64,000 nucleotides of DNA, taken from Candidatus Shapirobacteria bacterium. GTDB taxonomy: Bacteria > Patescibacteriota > Microgenomatia > UM-FILTER-40-11. Position numbers and translations under genes: made by a program. Each line of letters opens with the position of its first letter. Positions within the stretch are counted from its first letter, which is position 1. The notes beneath the pieces were generated by a model. The model was not told where the DNA came from. It worked only from the letters and a program-made list of their open reading frames with translations, and made no database searches. Location: contig JAGVBK010000002.1 in assembly GCA_020059745.1 (NCBI GenBank), forward strand, positions 104,301-168,300, written 5' to 3'. Positions 26,731 through 36,270 of this stretch are shown here, in pieces.

Positions 26731-28572
26731 TTAAATCCTCTGATTGGAGAATTGGCTTTGAACTTCTCCTTTTCCTTCTTCTTTTTTTTCTTTGGATATT
26801 TCAAAGGTTTTTCTTTCCGCAAATTCCCGTGCTTTTCCTTGATTCCAGCGTTTAACCGGTCTTAGGTAACCCACTATTCTTGAATAAACCTCGGTTTCTT
26901 TGCCGCATTTTGGACATATTTCAACCGCTCCTTTTAATCTGCCACAGCTTGAACAAACCGAAAAGGTCGGGGTAATAGTAAAGTAAGGAATCCTTGTTGT
27001 TTCCGCAATCTTTTTAACCAAAGCTTTAGCCGAGCGCCAATCATCCATTTCTTCACCTAAAAAGGTATGGAAAATAGTGCCGCCTGTATAAATGGACTGA
27101 AGCTCATCCTGAAGGCCTAAAGCTTCCCAGAGGTCATTGGTATAATCAACCGGAAGCTGGGTTGAGTTTGTCAGATAAGGATTTTGCTTTGTGCCGGCAG
27201 TTTTTATTCCCGGACAATATTTTTGGTCTAGAATGGCAAAACGATACGAAGTTGATTCAGCCGGAGTAGCCTCAAGGTTATACAGGTGTTTTGTTTCTTT
27301 TTGGAACTTAACCAGCTCATCTTTAATAAAGTTTAAGGTTTCGACCATCAACTTCTGCCCTTCTTTCGTGGTTAAAGACTTGCCAATAAGATTAAGGCAG
27401 GCTTCATTTCCGCCGCAAACGCCAATCGTAGAAAAATGATTTCTTACTGTTCCCAGATAATGCTTAGAGTACGGCATTAACCCTTCTTTCATGCTTTTTT
27501 CAACAATTCTCCTTTTTACTTCCAAGGCTTCCTTGGCAATTTCGAGATATTTTCTAATAAGTTTTTTAAATTCTTTTTGCTCACCCTTGGCCTCATAGGC
27601 TAGCCTATTTAGGTTAATTGTTACCACTCCTACCGAGCCGGTTGAATCTCCTTTAGCCCAAAGATTACCAGGCTGCTTAATAAGCTGGTTTAGGTCCATA
27701 TTAAGCCGGCAGCACATAGCCCTGATTGAACCCGGATCTAAGTTGCTGCCCAAATAGTTTTGGAAATAAGGCAACCCGTATTTGGCAGTTACTTTAAATA
27801 AAAGTTCCTGGTTTTCGCCGTTGGTTTCGAAAAATTCCTTGGTAATGTTGTAGGTGGGAATCGGAAAAGTAAACGGCCGGCCGTTTTTATCACCTTTAAG
27901 CATTACTTGCAAAAAAGCTTTGTTTATCATGTCAGCTTCTTTTTGAAACTGCTTGTATTTCTCTTTTCTTGGCTTGCCGCCGACAACTACATTTTGCTCA
28001 GCCAGGTCTTTTGAGATAATCCAGTCAAAAGTCAGGTTTGAAAAAGGCATCTCAAAACCCCATCTTGAAGGCAGGTTAAGAGAATAAACCAGCTTTTGAA
28101 TTTCCTGATAAACTTGACCATAACTTAGATTATCGTAATGTATAAAAGGGGCAAGCAGTGTATCAAAAGAAGAAAAAGCCTGAGCTCCAGCCCATTCCTG
28201 GTACATGATTTTAATAAAATAAACCACATGCTGGACTGCGGTGGCAAAGTGATGAGCAGGCTTGGTTTCTACCTGGCCTGCTACTCCGCCAAACCCGTCC
28301 ATCAGTAACTTCTGAAGCGACCAGCCGGCACAATAACCAACCAGCGAGTGAGCCAGATCGTGAATATGGATTTCTCCCCTGTCGTGGGCTTTTCTGGCTT
28401 TTGCAGAGTAAAGATTAAACAAAGCATACTTGCCTAAAACTGAAGCTGAAGTATGGGAAATTAAACCTGAAAGTGAATAGTTGGAATTGGAAGTTGCCTT
28501 TGCTTTCCAACCGTCCTGTTTAATATATTCGTCCACTAAAGAGGTAAAATCAAGCATCCCTTTCCTGGCCAT
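26731..28572 (-). CDS. nrdD: Anaerobic ribonucleoside-triphosphate reductase (class III)
   Basis: 613 aa. It has a C-terminal Zn-ribbon (CSSCG...CPKCG) followed by the glycyl-radical motif SRIVGYLRPV. Confidence 0.85.
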   Translation of the reverse strand: MARKGMLDFTSLVDEYIKQDGWKAKATSNSNYSLSGLISHTSASVLGKYALFNLYSAKARKAHDRGEIHIHDLAHSLVGYCAGWSLQKLLMDGFGGVAGQVETKPAHHFATAVQHVVYFIKIMYQEWAGAQAFSSFDTLLAPFIHYDNLSYGQVYQEIQKLVYSLNLPSRWGFEMPFSNLTFDWIISKDLAEQNVVVGGKPRKEKYKQFQKEADMINKAFLQVMLKGDKNGRPFTFPIPTYNITKEFFETNGENQELLFKVTAKYGLPYFQNYLGSNLDPGSIRAMCCRLNMDLNQLIKQPGNLWAKGDSTGSVGVVTINLNRLAYEAKGEQKEFKKLIRKYLEIAKEALEVKRRIVEKSMKEGLMPYSKHYLGTVRNHFSTIGVCGGNEACLNLIGKSLTTKEGQKLMVETLNFIKDELVKFQKETKHLYNLEATPAESTSYRFAILDQKYCPGIKTAGTKQNPYLTNSTQLPVDYTNDLWEALGLQDELQSIYTGGTIFHTFLGEEMDDWRSAKALVKKIAETTRIPYFTITPTFSVCSSCGRLKGAVEICPKCGKETEVYSRIVGYLRPVKRWNQGKAREFAERKTFEISKEKKEEGKGEVQSQFSNQRI

Positions 28573-28683
28573 GGTGAAAATAATTTATGATAAAAATCGC
28601 CTTTTGTAAAGATAGCAATTTAGGCCTTTAAATGGGGAAACTTTTTTTCAAAGAAAAAAATTGAGGCTGTTTTTTCAAAGAAA

Positions 28684-30654
28684 TTACTGTTTTGGCGGCT
28701 TTCTCCAAGAAGCAAAGTCGCACTTAGGATAATTTGAACAACCGTAAAAACCTTTGCCCTTTTTAGTCTTTTTGTAAATTACTTCTCCCCCGCACTTCGG
28801 ACATTTAATGCCTTCCACTTTTTGAATGTAAGGAGCGCGCCAGTCGCAGTCCGGAAAACGGCTGCAGGATAAAAACTTTCCAAACCGGCCAACCCTGATT
28901 ACAACCGCGCCTTCTTTGCATTTAGGACAGGCTTCCCCGGTTGCTTCAGTCTGAATAGCCACTCTTTGAGCCACTTTTTTAACGCCCTCAAGTTTTTCTT
29001 CAAACGGCAGGTAAAATTCAGTTAAAACCGGCACTCTTTTTTTCTTTCCTCCGGCAATTTCGTCAAGGTCGTCCTCCATTTTGGCAGTAAACTGATAATC
29101 CAAAACATTGGGAAAGTACTCTGTCAAAAAATCATTTACCGCAATCCCTAAAGGAGTGGGAGAAAACTGGCGTTCCTTTTTTTCAACATAATTCCTGTCT
29201 TGAATAGTGGAAATAATCGGCGCATAAGTTGAAGGCCGGCCAATCCCAAGCTCTTCCAGGGTTTTAATAAGCGAGGCCTCATTATAGCGAGGCGGCGGCT
29301 GGGTAAACTTTTGCTCAGGTATAACCTCAAGAAGTTTAAGCTCATCTTTTTCGTTAAGCTTAGGCAGAGGCTCAATTTTGCCCTCCTCGTCTGTTTCTTC
29401 AGTAAGACCATAAACTTTTCTCCAGCCGTCAAATTTTTCCAATGCCCCTTTTGTTTCCAGGCTGTAAAGATTCTGGCCTCCTTCAGCCTGAACTGTCAGG
29501 GTAGTAATTTCTGTAATAGACTGCTCCATCTGGCAAGCAGCAAACCTTTTCCAGATTAAATCATAAAGTTTGGCTTGGTCTCCGTGTAGGCCTGCACCTT
29601 TTTCTCCAACATCAGTCGGCCTGATTGCCTCATGGGCCTCCTGGGCAGACTTACTTTTAGTGGCAAAAAACCTGGCTTTTTCCGGCAGATACTGGTCACC
29701 AAAATTAACCTTAATATAGTCTCTTAACCTTAGAACCGCTTCTGATGCTAAATTTGTGGAGTCGGTCCGATGGTAAGTAATTAAGCCCTGTTCATAAAGA
29801 TCCTGAGCAACATTCATGGTTTTTTTAGAACTCCAACCCAACCGGCTTGAAGCTGTCTGCTGAAGGGTCGAGGTGGTAAAAGGCGGCGGCGGGTTTCTAC
29901 GCGAGTCTTTTTTCTCCACCCCCGCCACTTCATAACCGGCAGATTCAAGCTCTTTGACAACATCCTGTGCTTCCGCGCCATTTTTAATCTCTATTTTTTC
30001 ACCGTTTTTTTTAACTAATTTTGACAAAAACTTTGGAGAATCAGGAAGGTCGCTGCCAGCCATTCTTTGCAGCAAGGTTTCAATTTCCCAGTATTCAACC
30101 GGAACAAACTTTTCAATCTCTCTTTCTCTTTCTACAATCAGTCTTACCGCCACAGATTGCACCCGGCCGGCAGAAAGACCTCTTCTCACTTTTTGCCATA
30201 GTAAAGGTGAGAGTTTATAGCCAACCAAACGGTCTAGAATCCTTCTGGCTGCCTGCGCTTCAACCAAATCAACATTTATACTTCCTGAATGTTTTAGAGC
30301 CTCATCAAGGGCTGAACGGGTAATTTCATGGAAGGTAATCCTGGCAATTTCTGCTTTTTTGGGAAGCATTTCCTTAACATGCCAGGCAATAGCTTCTCCC
30401 TCCCGGTCAGGGTCTGTAGCCAGATAAATCTTATCAGCAGTTTTGGCGATTTTTTTAAGCTTATCAATGGTTTCTTTCTTTTTAGAAGAAAGAACATATT
30501 CAGGCTCAAACTTTTCTTTTACATTTACTCCAAGCTTTTTTTCCGGCAAATCCCTAATATGACCCATAGTTGCCTCAACCCTGAATTTTTTGTCATCAAG
30601 AAACCTTCCTAAAGTCCTTGCTTTGGTTGGCGATTCAACAATAATTAAATCCAT
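28684..30654 (-). CDS. topA: DNA topoisomerase I
   Basis: It has the Toprim start MDLIIVESPTKA, an ATDPDREGE motif, the active-site region ITYHRTDS and C-terminal CPKC zinc ribbons. The first ATG is at 30654. Confidence 0.95.
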   Translation of the reverse strand: MDLIIVESPTKARTLGRFLDDKKFRVEATMGHIRDLPEKKLGVNVKEKFEPEYVLSSKKKETIDKLKKIAKTADKIYLATDPDREGEAIAWHVKEMLPKKAEIARITFHEITRSALDEALKHSGSINVDLVEAQAARRILDRLVGYKLSPLLWQKVRRGLSAGRVQSVAVRLIVEREREIEKFVPVEYWEIETLLQRMAGSDLPDSPKFLSKLVKKNGEKIEIKNGAEAQDVVKELESAGYEVAGVEKKDSRRNPPPPFTTSTLQQTASSRLGWSSKKTMNVAQDLYEQGLITYHRTDSTNLASEAVLRLRDYIKVNFGDQYLPEKARFFATKSKSAQEAHEAIRPTDVGEKGAGLHGDQAKLYDLIWKRFAACQMEQSITEITTLTVQAEGGQNLYSLETKGALEKFDGWRKVYGLTEETDEEGKIEPLPKLNEKDELKLLEVIPEQKFTQPPPRYNEASLIKTLEELGIGRPSTYAPIISTIQDRNYVEKKERQFSPTPLGIAVNDFLTEYFPNVLDYQFTAKMEDDLDEIAGGKKKRVPVLTEFYLPFEEKLEGVKKVAQRVAIQTEATGEACPKCKEGAVVIRVGRFGKFLSCSRFPDCDWRAPYIQKVEGIKCPKCGGEVIYKKTKKGKGFYGCSNYPKCDFASWRKPPKQ

Positions 30655-30901
30655 AATAAACAAATACTACACTGGAAAATTTCAAATTCCAAGCTCCAAT
30701 TTCCAAATGGTTCGACCTTGCTCACCATCTTACAAACCCCAACTAAATTTTAAAATCCAAATTTTAAATTTTAATTCAAATTAAAATGATTAAATAATTA
30801 AGCATTAAAACATTTAAACATTCATTTAAAACTTTAAATTTAAAACTTAAAATTGCATTTTACTGCTTTGTTTCTTGTTTTTTGGAACTTGGCTGTTTGA
30901 T

Positions 30902-31789
30902 TTAATCTAGTTCTTCAAGTATATCCTCAACCCGTGTAACCAATTTGGCTCCCTTTTTAATTAAGCTCGCTGTTCCTTCAGACAAAGGAGAATTTACCGG
31001 TCCCGGCACGGCAAAAACTTCTCTTCCCTGTTCTGCTGCCAAAGAAGCGGTAATTAAAGACCCTGAATCAAGGGCTGCTTCTGTAACCAAAACTCCCCGG
31101 CAAAGCCCGCTAATTATTCTGTTTCTGGCGGGAAAGTTTGCCGGTGAAAGCTTTGTCCCAAAAGGAAACTCCGACAAAATTGCCCCTTTGTTTTTAACAA
31201 TTCTTTCTGCAAGCAATTTGTGCTCAGGCGGATAAACCCGGTCAAGCCCGCTGCCGATAACTGCAACGGTAATTCCACTGTTCTCGAGAGCTACCTCGTG
31301 GGCCACTCGGTCAACCCCGCGCGCCAATCCCGAAACAATCACCCAATTTTTTAAAACAAGTTCTTTAACAAGAGCCCGGGTTACCCTGTCGCCATAAGGG
31401 GTCATTTTCCTGCTGCCGACAACAGCTATCGTTTTCTTTCTAAAAATTTCCTTCAGGCTGGTTCTCTCTGACAATTTTACATATAAAACTGACGGTGCTG
31501 AATCAATTTCTTTTAACAAATCTGGGTAATTTTCTTCTCCGCTGAAAACTGCTTTTACCCCTTCATCGGAAAACCGAACAAAATCCGAACCAAAGTTATA
31601 TTTTTTCCTGAAGATTAAAAATTTATCGACTGTTTTTTGCGGCAAACCTATTTCTCTTAACTGTCTTTCTCCGGCATTAAAGGCTTTCTCTGCAGAACCA
31701 AAATAGTCTAAAAGAAGCTTAAAACGGACCGGGCCAATGCCCTCAAAAAGCGAAAAAGCAAGCCAGTATTTTTTTTCCCCTTCTTCCAT
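30902..31789 (-). CDS. dprA: DNA processing protein DprA
   Basis: Contains AVVGSRKMTPYG...SGLARGVD...GSGLDRVYP motifs. Confidence 0.9.
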   Translation of the reverse strand: MEEGEKKYWLAFSLFEGIGPVRFKLLLDYFGSAEKAFNAGERQLREIGLPQKTVDKFLIFRKKYNFGSDFVRFSDEGVKAVFSGEENYPDLLKEIDSAPSVLYVKLSERTSLKEIFRKKTIAVVGSRKMTPYGDRVTRALVKELVLKNWVIVSGLARGVDRVAHEVALENSGITVAVIGSGLDRVYPPEHKLLAERIVKNKGAILSEFPFGTKLSPANFPARNRIISGLCRGVLVTEAALDSGSLITASLAAEQGREVFAVPGPVNSPLSEGTASLIKKGAKLVTRVEDILEELD

Positions 31790-31836
31790 GATTCTATTAT
31801 CAGCTAATCTATCATTAAAAACAAAAGTGCAAAGTA

Positions 31837-33453
31837 TTATTTGTTTTCAAAATACTTCTTGAGAATTTCTTTTGCGATTGGACCAGCGACCGAAGAACCC
31901 TCTCCTCCTTTTTCAACCAAAACCGTCAGCACTATTTCAGGATTCTCGAGAGGGGCAAAAACTGTAAACCAGGCATGGGTTGTTTTTCCGTCTCCTGTTT
32001 CCGCTGTGCCTGTTTTACAAGCCACTTGGGGTTGAAAACCAAAAAAAGGCCAAGCAGTACCACCTTCCTGGCAAGCTAAAAACATTCCTTTTTTAACAAC
32101 CTGAAGATACTGCCTTTTAATGCCAATTTCCCGGCAATCAGCTTGATAAGGAGTGTTTTCCGCCTCGATTTTAAGCATTCTTGGAGTACAAATTTTGCCG
32201 CCACTGGCCACAACCGCGGTCATAAGGTTAACCCCCAAAGGGGTTAAATCTATATCTCCCTGACCGATTGACATGTGATAGGTATTACCCAAAAACCAAG
32301 ATTCGCCCTTTGCCTTCATCTTCCATTCAGGCGTGGCAATGAAACCTGCAAGCTCCCCCGGCATGTCAATGCCAAAAGCTTTATCAAGATTAAACTTTTC
32401 TGCCCAATAATTAAGTTTCTCAATACCTATCATTTCACCGAGCTTATAAAAGTAAGTGTCTGTTGATCTGGCCAGCGCTTTCTCAACATTTATGTCCCCT
32501 TCTTTACCGCCATAACTCGTGTAATACCAATTGGAATAACTGAAAGAGCCAATATAAATTACACCCGGATCGTTTATAAGGGTTTGGGGGGTAATTTTTC
32601 CTTCTTCAAGCCCGGCAATTGAGGTAACAATCTTAAAAGTTGAGCCTGGCTGGTAAAGCCCGCCGATTACCCGGTTTAAAAGAGGCCGGTTTTTTTCATC
32701 GCCAATGATTTGACCAAGTTCTTGCCTTTCATCGTTTAAAAAAAGATTGGGATCATAGGACGGCGAGGAAAAAAAGACAAGTATTTCGCCGTTTTGGGGG
32801 TTAGAAGCAATTACTGCTCCTTTTTTGCCAGCCATTTCTTTGGCCGCAACCTCCTGAAGATTTTTATCCAAAGCAGTAGTGAGGACTTTTCCCGGCAAAG
32901 GCAAAACCCTACCCATTCGCCTGATAATTCTTCCCTGGGTATCAACTTCAACAAGCTCGCTACCGTCTTTCCCTTTTAGAAGCTCCTCATATTGTGCTTC
33001 AAGCCCCACCCTGCCAATAAGGCTACCTAAACCATAACCTTTTAACTCAAGTTTTTTTTCAGTAAATTCTTCTTCCGTCACCTCGCTTAAATAACCAACA
33101 GCATGAGCAAAGAGCTCTTTATGGGGGTAATTTCTTTTTAAGCTTATTTTTAAGTTTTTATCTTCTGCCCTCGACTGAAGACTCAGCGCCTCCTCCCGGG
33201 AAACGGTTTCTTTTTTGTCAACCTCTTTTTCAAGAAGATAAACCGGCTGGTTTTCGGCAATTACTTCATTGTTTCTGTCTAAGATAAGGCCTCTGGGTGC
33301 CTCAATCCTTTTCCTTTGAATTCGGTTGTTATCAGCCAAAAACCTGTTGTCTTTTCCGTTTATAACTTGAAGCTGATAAAGCCTTGACAAAAGAACGGCA
33401 AAAAAGGCAAAGACTAAAAAAACCATTAGTCTCAGGCTAAATGTTTTGTTCAT
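31837..33453 (-). CDS. mrdA: Penicillin-binding protein 2 (elongasome transpeptidase)
   Basis: 538 aa with an N-terminal TM helix and the PGSTFK (SxxK) active-site motif. It lies upstream of mreDCB. Confidence 0.85.
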   Translation of the reverse strand: MNKTFSLRLMVFLVFAFFAVLLSRLYQLQVINGKDNRFLADNNRIQRKRIEAPRGLILDRNNEVIAENQPVYLLEKEVDKKETVSREEALSLQSRAEDKNLKISLKRNYPHKELFAHAVGYLSEVTEEEFTEKKLELKGYGLGSLIGRVGLEAQYEELLKGKDGSELVEVDTQGRIIRRMGRVLPLPGKVLTTALDKNLQEVAAKEMAGKKGAVIASNPQNGEILVFFSSPSYDPNLFLNDERQELGQIIGDEKNRPLLNRVIGGLYQPGSTFKIVTSIAGLEEGKITPQTLINDPGVIYIGSFSYSNWYYTSYGGKEGDINVEKALARSTDTYFYKLGEMIGIEKLNYWAEKFNLDKAFGIDMPGELAGFIATPEWKMKAKGESWFLGNTYHMSIGQGDIDLTPLGVNLMTAVVASGGKICTPRMLKIEAENTPYQADCREIGIKRQYLQVVKKGMFLACQEGGTAWPFFGFQPQVACKTGTAETGDGKTTHAWFTVFAPLENPEIVLTVLVEKGGEGSSVAGPIAKEILKKYFENK

Positions 33454-33460
33454 ATTTTTT

Positions 33461-33667
33461 TTAAATCTTTAAACGGTGGTTATCCTGTCTTAGCCGCCAG
33501 AAAAAGAAATACAAAATAAGGTAAAAAAGAAGAATAAGTATTCCGCTTTGGCCAACCGGCCTTAAACTCCAAAAATCAAAAAAAATGCTTATAAGTAAAA
33601 CCCCCGCTAAAAGCGGAGTTTTTTCTGAACGAAAAATTAAAAAAGTGATAAGAAAAAGAAAAAGCAT
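33461..33667 (-). CDS. mreD: MreD-like small membrane protein
   Basis: 68-aa hydrophobic ORF abutting the mreC stop. It is much shorter than typical MreD, so the call rests mainly on position. Confidence 0.45.
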   Translation of the reverse strand: MLFLFLITFLIFRSEKTPLLAGVLLISIFFDFWSLRPVGQSGILILLFYLILYFFFWRLRQDNHRLKI

Positions 33668-34425
33668 TAAAGTCTGCCTCTTACTAAAAATATGGTGTTT
33701 AGCTCTTCAGGGTTATAAAACCTTTTGACTGAGACATTTTTAAAAACTTCACCCTGATTTTGAAAAATTTCTTCTACTTCGCCCACAAACAATTCCCCTC
33801 CTTCAACACTGGTAAAAATTAGATTCCCTTTTTCGGCTTTTTCTGACGAAAGAATCTGCTCAACCTTCATTTTCCCCTCTCCCTTGCCCACCAAAAGGCC
33901 TTTACCAAAAATTTCTTTGTCTTTCGAGGTAATATTAACTACCGCCTTTTCTTCAAAAAAAGAAGCAAGCCTGACTATGGCAATTTTTTCGCTGACTTTC
34001 TCCACTTTACCTAAATAAGTTTCTCCGAACACAGCTATCATGCCTTCACTGACGCCGTCCCTAATACCGCTGCTTATAGTTAGCTCTTCTCCTTCTGAGC
34101 CAATCACTTTGACTGTCATAAACTGCCAATTCTTTGGTAAAGGAGAAGAAAGAAGCCTCTTTTGGGAAAGATTTTCCTCTTCCAAAACAGCAATTCTTGC
34201 CTTAAGCTCTTTAACCTCTTTCTCGTTAATAAGGCCACAACCGTCTAAGTCTTTTTTAAATCTCCTTTGCCAGGTATAAATTTTTTCTTTTAAGGGAACA
34301 ACTAAGGTTGACTCAGCCAAAAATCTTAAACCCTTAAAAGCGCCTAAAAAGTTTAAAAAGTACAACAAAAGAAAAAGAGCAAGAAGACAGTAGAAAAAAG
34401 AAGATAATCTTTTTTTGTTAAACAT
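33667..34425 (-). CDS. mreC: Rod shape-determining protein MreC
   Basis: 252 aa with an N-terminal TM helix, a coiled coil (LKARIAVLEEENLSQKRLL) and a beta-rich C-terminal domain. It sits between mreB and mreD. Confidence 0.8.
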   Translation of the reverse strand: MFNKKRLSSFFYCLLALFLLLYFLNFLGAFKGLRFLAESTLVVPLKEKIYTWQRRFKKDLDGCGLINEKEVKELKARIAVLEEENLSQKRLLSSPLPKNWQFMTVKVIGSEGEELTISSGIRDGVSEGMIAVFGETYLGKVEKVSEKIAIVRLASFFEEKAVVNITSKDKEIFGKGLLVGKGEGKMKVEQILSSEKAEKGNLIFTSVEGGELFVGEVEEIFQNQGEVFKNVSVKRFYNPEELNTIFLVRGRL

Positions 34426-34462
34426 TGACCCAATAATAACAGTTTATGAAGCTAAAAAAAAG

Positions 34463-35515
34463 TTATCTTACCCCGCCCCTGACCATAACCTTATTAAGAA
34501 GCTCGTTGTCCTCAAGCACCTTTGAACAACCCCTGACTACCGCAGAGGTAGGGTCCTCGACTACCATGCAAGGAATTTTTGCAATTTCTGTAACCAGGCT
34601 TTCCAAACCAGGCAGCTGGGAAACGCCTCCGGAAAGATAAACTCCTTTTTGGGTAATGTCTCCTAAAAGCTCAGGCGGAGTTTCTTCAACGATGTCAGTA
34701 ATGCCGGAAAGAATCTGATTTAAAATCGGGGCCAAAGCCTCCCTTATCTCAGCCGCACTCACCCTTAATGATTTTGGCAAGCCGTTAGAAAGGTCTCTGC
34801 CTCTGACCACCATCATTTTTTCATTTTTGCCGCTGTCGCTGGCTGAACCAATTTGCACCTTTAAAGCCTCTGCTGTCGGCAGGCCGATTAAAACCGAATA
34901 TTTAAGCCTGAGATAATTTATTATTGCCTCGTCCATTTCTGTTCCTGCAATTTTAAGGGATTTATTTATCACAATACCGCCAAGGGAAATAACTGCCAGT
35001 TCTGTGGTTCCGCCGCCAATGTCAACCAAAAGAATTCCGGCTGCTTCAAAAATTGGCAAATTACTGCCAACTGCAATTGCTAAAGGATGTTCAATTAAAA
35101 AAGCTTCCCTGGCACCGGCAGCCAAAGCAGCATCACGAACCGCTTTTTTCTCAACATCAGTCACACTGGTAGGAATGCCAACCGCCACTCTTGGCCTGGG
35201 AACTTTTATCCTAAAACCATGGCTTTCATGAAGCTTCTTAAAATAGTAAGAGAGCATCCCAACTGTGGCATCAAAATCGGAAATTACACTATTTTGAAGC
35301 GGTAAAACCGTTTCCAGCTGACCGGGGGTCCGGCCAATCATTTTTTTTGCCTCTGAGCCAACCGCCACAATTTCTTTGGTTTTTTTATTTCTGGCAACCA
35401 CAGTTGGTTCCCTAACGGCAATACCCTTTCCTAATACCTGAATTAAGATATTTGAAGAACCTAGATCTATTCCCAAATCATAACTAACCAGCTGAAAAAG
35501 TTTATTAAACATCAA
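34463..35515 (-). CDS. mreB: Rod shape-determining protein MreB (copy 1)
   Basis: Actin-fold motifs DLGSSN, VDIGGGTTE and GGVSQLPGL. Confidence 0.9.
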   Translation of the reverse strand: MMFNKLFQLVSYDLGIDLGSSNILIQVLGKGIAVREPTVVARNKKTKEIVAVGSEAKKMIGRTPGQLETVLPLQNSVISDFDATVGMLSYYFKKLHESHGFRIKVPRPRVAVGIPTSVTDVEKKAVRDAALAAGAREAFLIEHPLAIAVGSNLPIFEAAGILLVDIGGGTTELAVISLGGIVINKSLKIAGTEMDEAIINYLRLKYSVLIGLPTAEALKVQIGSASDSGKNEKMMVVRGRDLSNGLPKSLRVSAAEIREALAPILNQILSGITDIVEETPPELLGDITQKGVYLSGGVSQLPGLESLVTEIAKIPCMVVEDPTSAVVRGCSKVLEDNELLNKVMVRGGVR

Positions 35516-35600
35516 AATTAATTTTAACAGGAAGAAAGATGAAAGTTAAGAATACCGGGGAAGCCGAAAATAAAAAGCCTATCGGCTTCCCCTAGAGAAA

Positions 35601-35828
35601 CTACCAACCAACCGGCAAAACCTCAAGAACTCCATCTCGACACCCCAGCAAGTCAAAATCTCCGACCCGTCCGTTTCCGAAATGAAACCGGTAAATCGAC
35701 TCCAAACTTTCCTTGAGGGTCCCGCCTTTGGGTTCTACCAAAAAGTCAGGTTCATGCCCAACAAAGCGGACACGAACTTTGCCCAAAAACGGCTCGTTCA
35801 GCGTCAAGGGAAGTAACATGGTAACCAT
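35601..35828 (-). CDS. Hypothetical protein (GC-richer two-gene cassette, distal gene)
   Basis: 75 aa. AAGGAG lies 5 nt upstream of the ATG. It is followed by an 11-bp hairpin (35563-35597). No family recognised. Confidence 0.5.
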   Translation of the reverse strand: MVTMLLPLTLNEPFLGKVRVRFVGHEPDFLVEPKGGTLKESLESIYRFHFGNGRVGDFDLLGCRDGVLEVLPVGW

Positions 35829-35837
35829 GAATTCTCC

Positions 35838-36125
35838 TTAATTGCTGGCCAGTTCTGCAACCACCTCGGCAATGTCGCCATTCAGTGTAAGTTCCACATT
35901 TTTGAAACTATCAACAGTAGCCCGAAACGATCCTCGATCGCTATACTGAATAAGCACAATAGTGATTAACTCCAAGATTGTCTGGCCAACTCCCCTGATT
36001 ATCTTCCCGTTAATTCCTTCTTCACCTACAATCGTGACAGAAAGCCTTCCGCGGCATCGGCACAAAAGTAACCTCCTGTCTTCCTTCCTTCTTCGGCGTT
36101 CTCTTAGAAAAGCAAGAAGCCCCAT
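35838..36125 (-). CDS. Hypothetical protein (GC-richer two-gene cassette, proximal gene)
   Basis: The start is taken at MGLLAFLRERRRRKEDRR, which has AAGGAG 4 nt upstream and a TATAAT further upstream. This gives 95 aa. No family recognised. Confidence 0.5.
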   Translation of the reverse strand: MGLLAFLRERRRRKEDRRLLLCRCRGRLSVTIVGEEGINGKIIRGVGQTILELITIVLIQYSDRGSFRATVDSFKNVELTLNGDIAEVVAELASN

Positions 36126-36270
36126 TTCACTCCTTTCTTCCGGTTGGTTTTCAATGTGCATTTCCAAGCGCTTGAGCTTGGCTTGCCAATTTGAGGCAAT
36201 TATAGCACTTTAGGTCCATTTGCCAGTGTTCTTTTTTATTAAAGAAAGATTCTGATATACTTTTAAAATA

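Noticed and set aside
30760-30890. Extremely AT-rich tract with repeated TTTAAA/AAATTT words as a replication origin
   Set aside because: There are no DnaA-box-like TTATCCACA motifs and no dnaA, dnaN or gyrB nearby. It is more simply the topA promoter and dprA terminator spacer.
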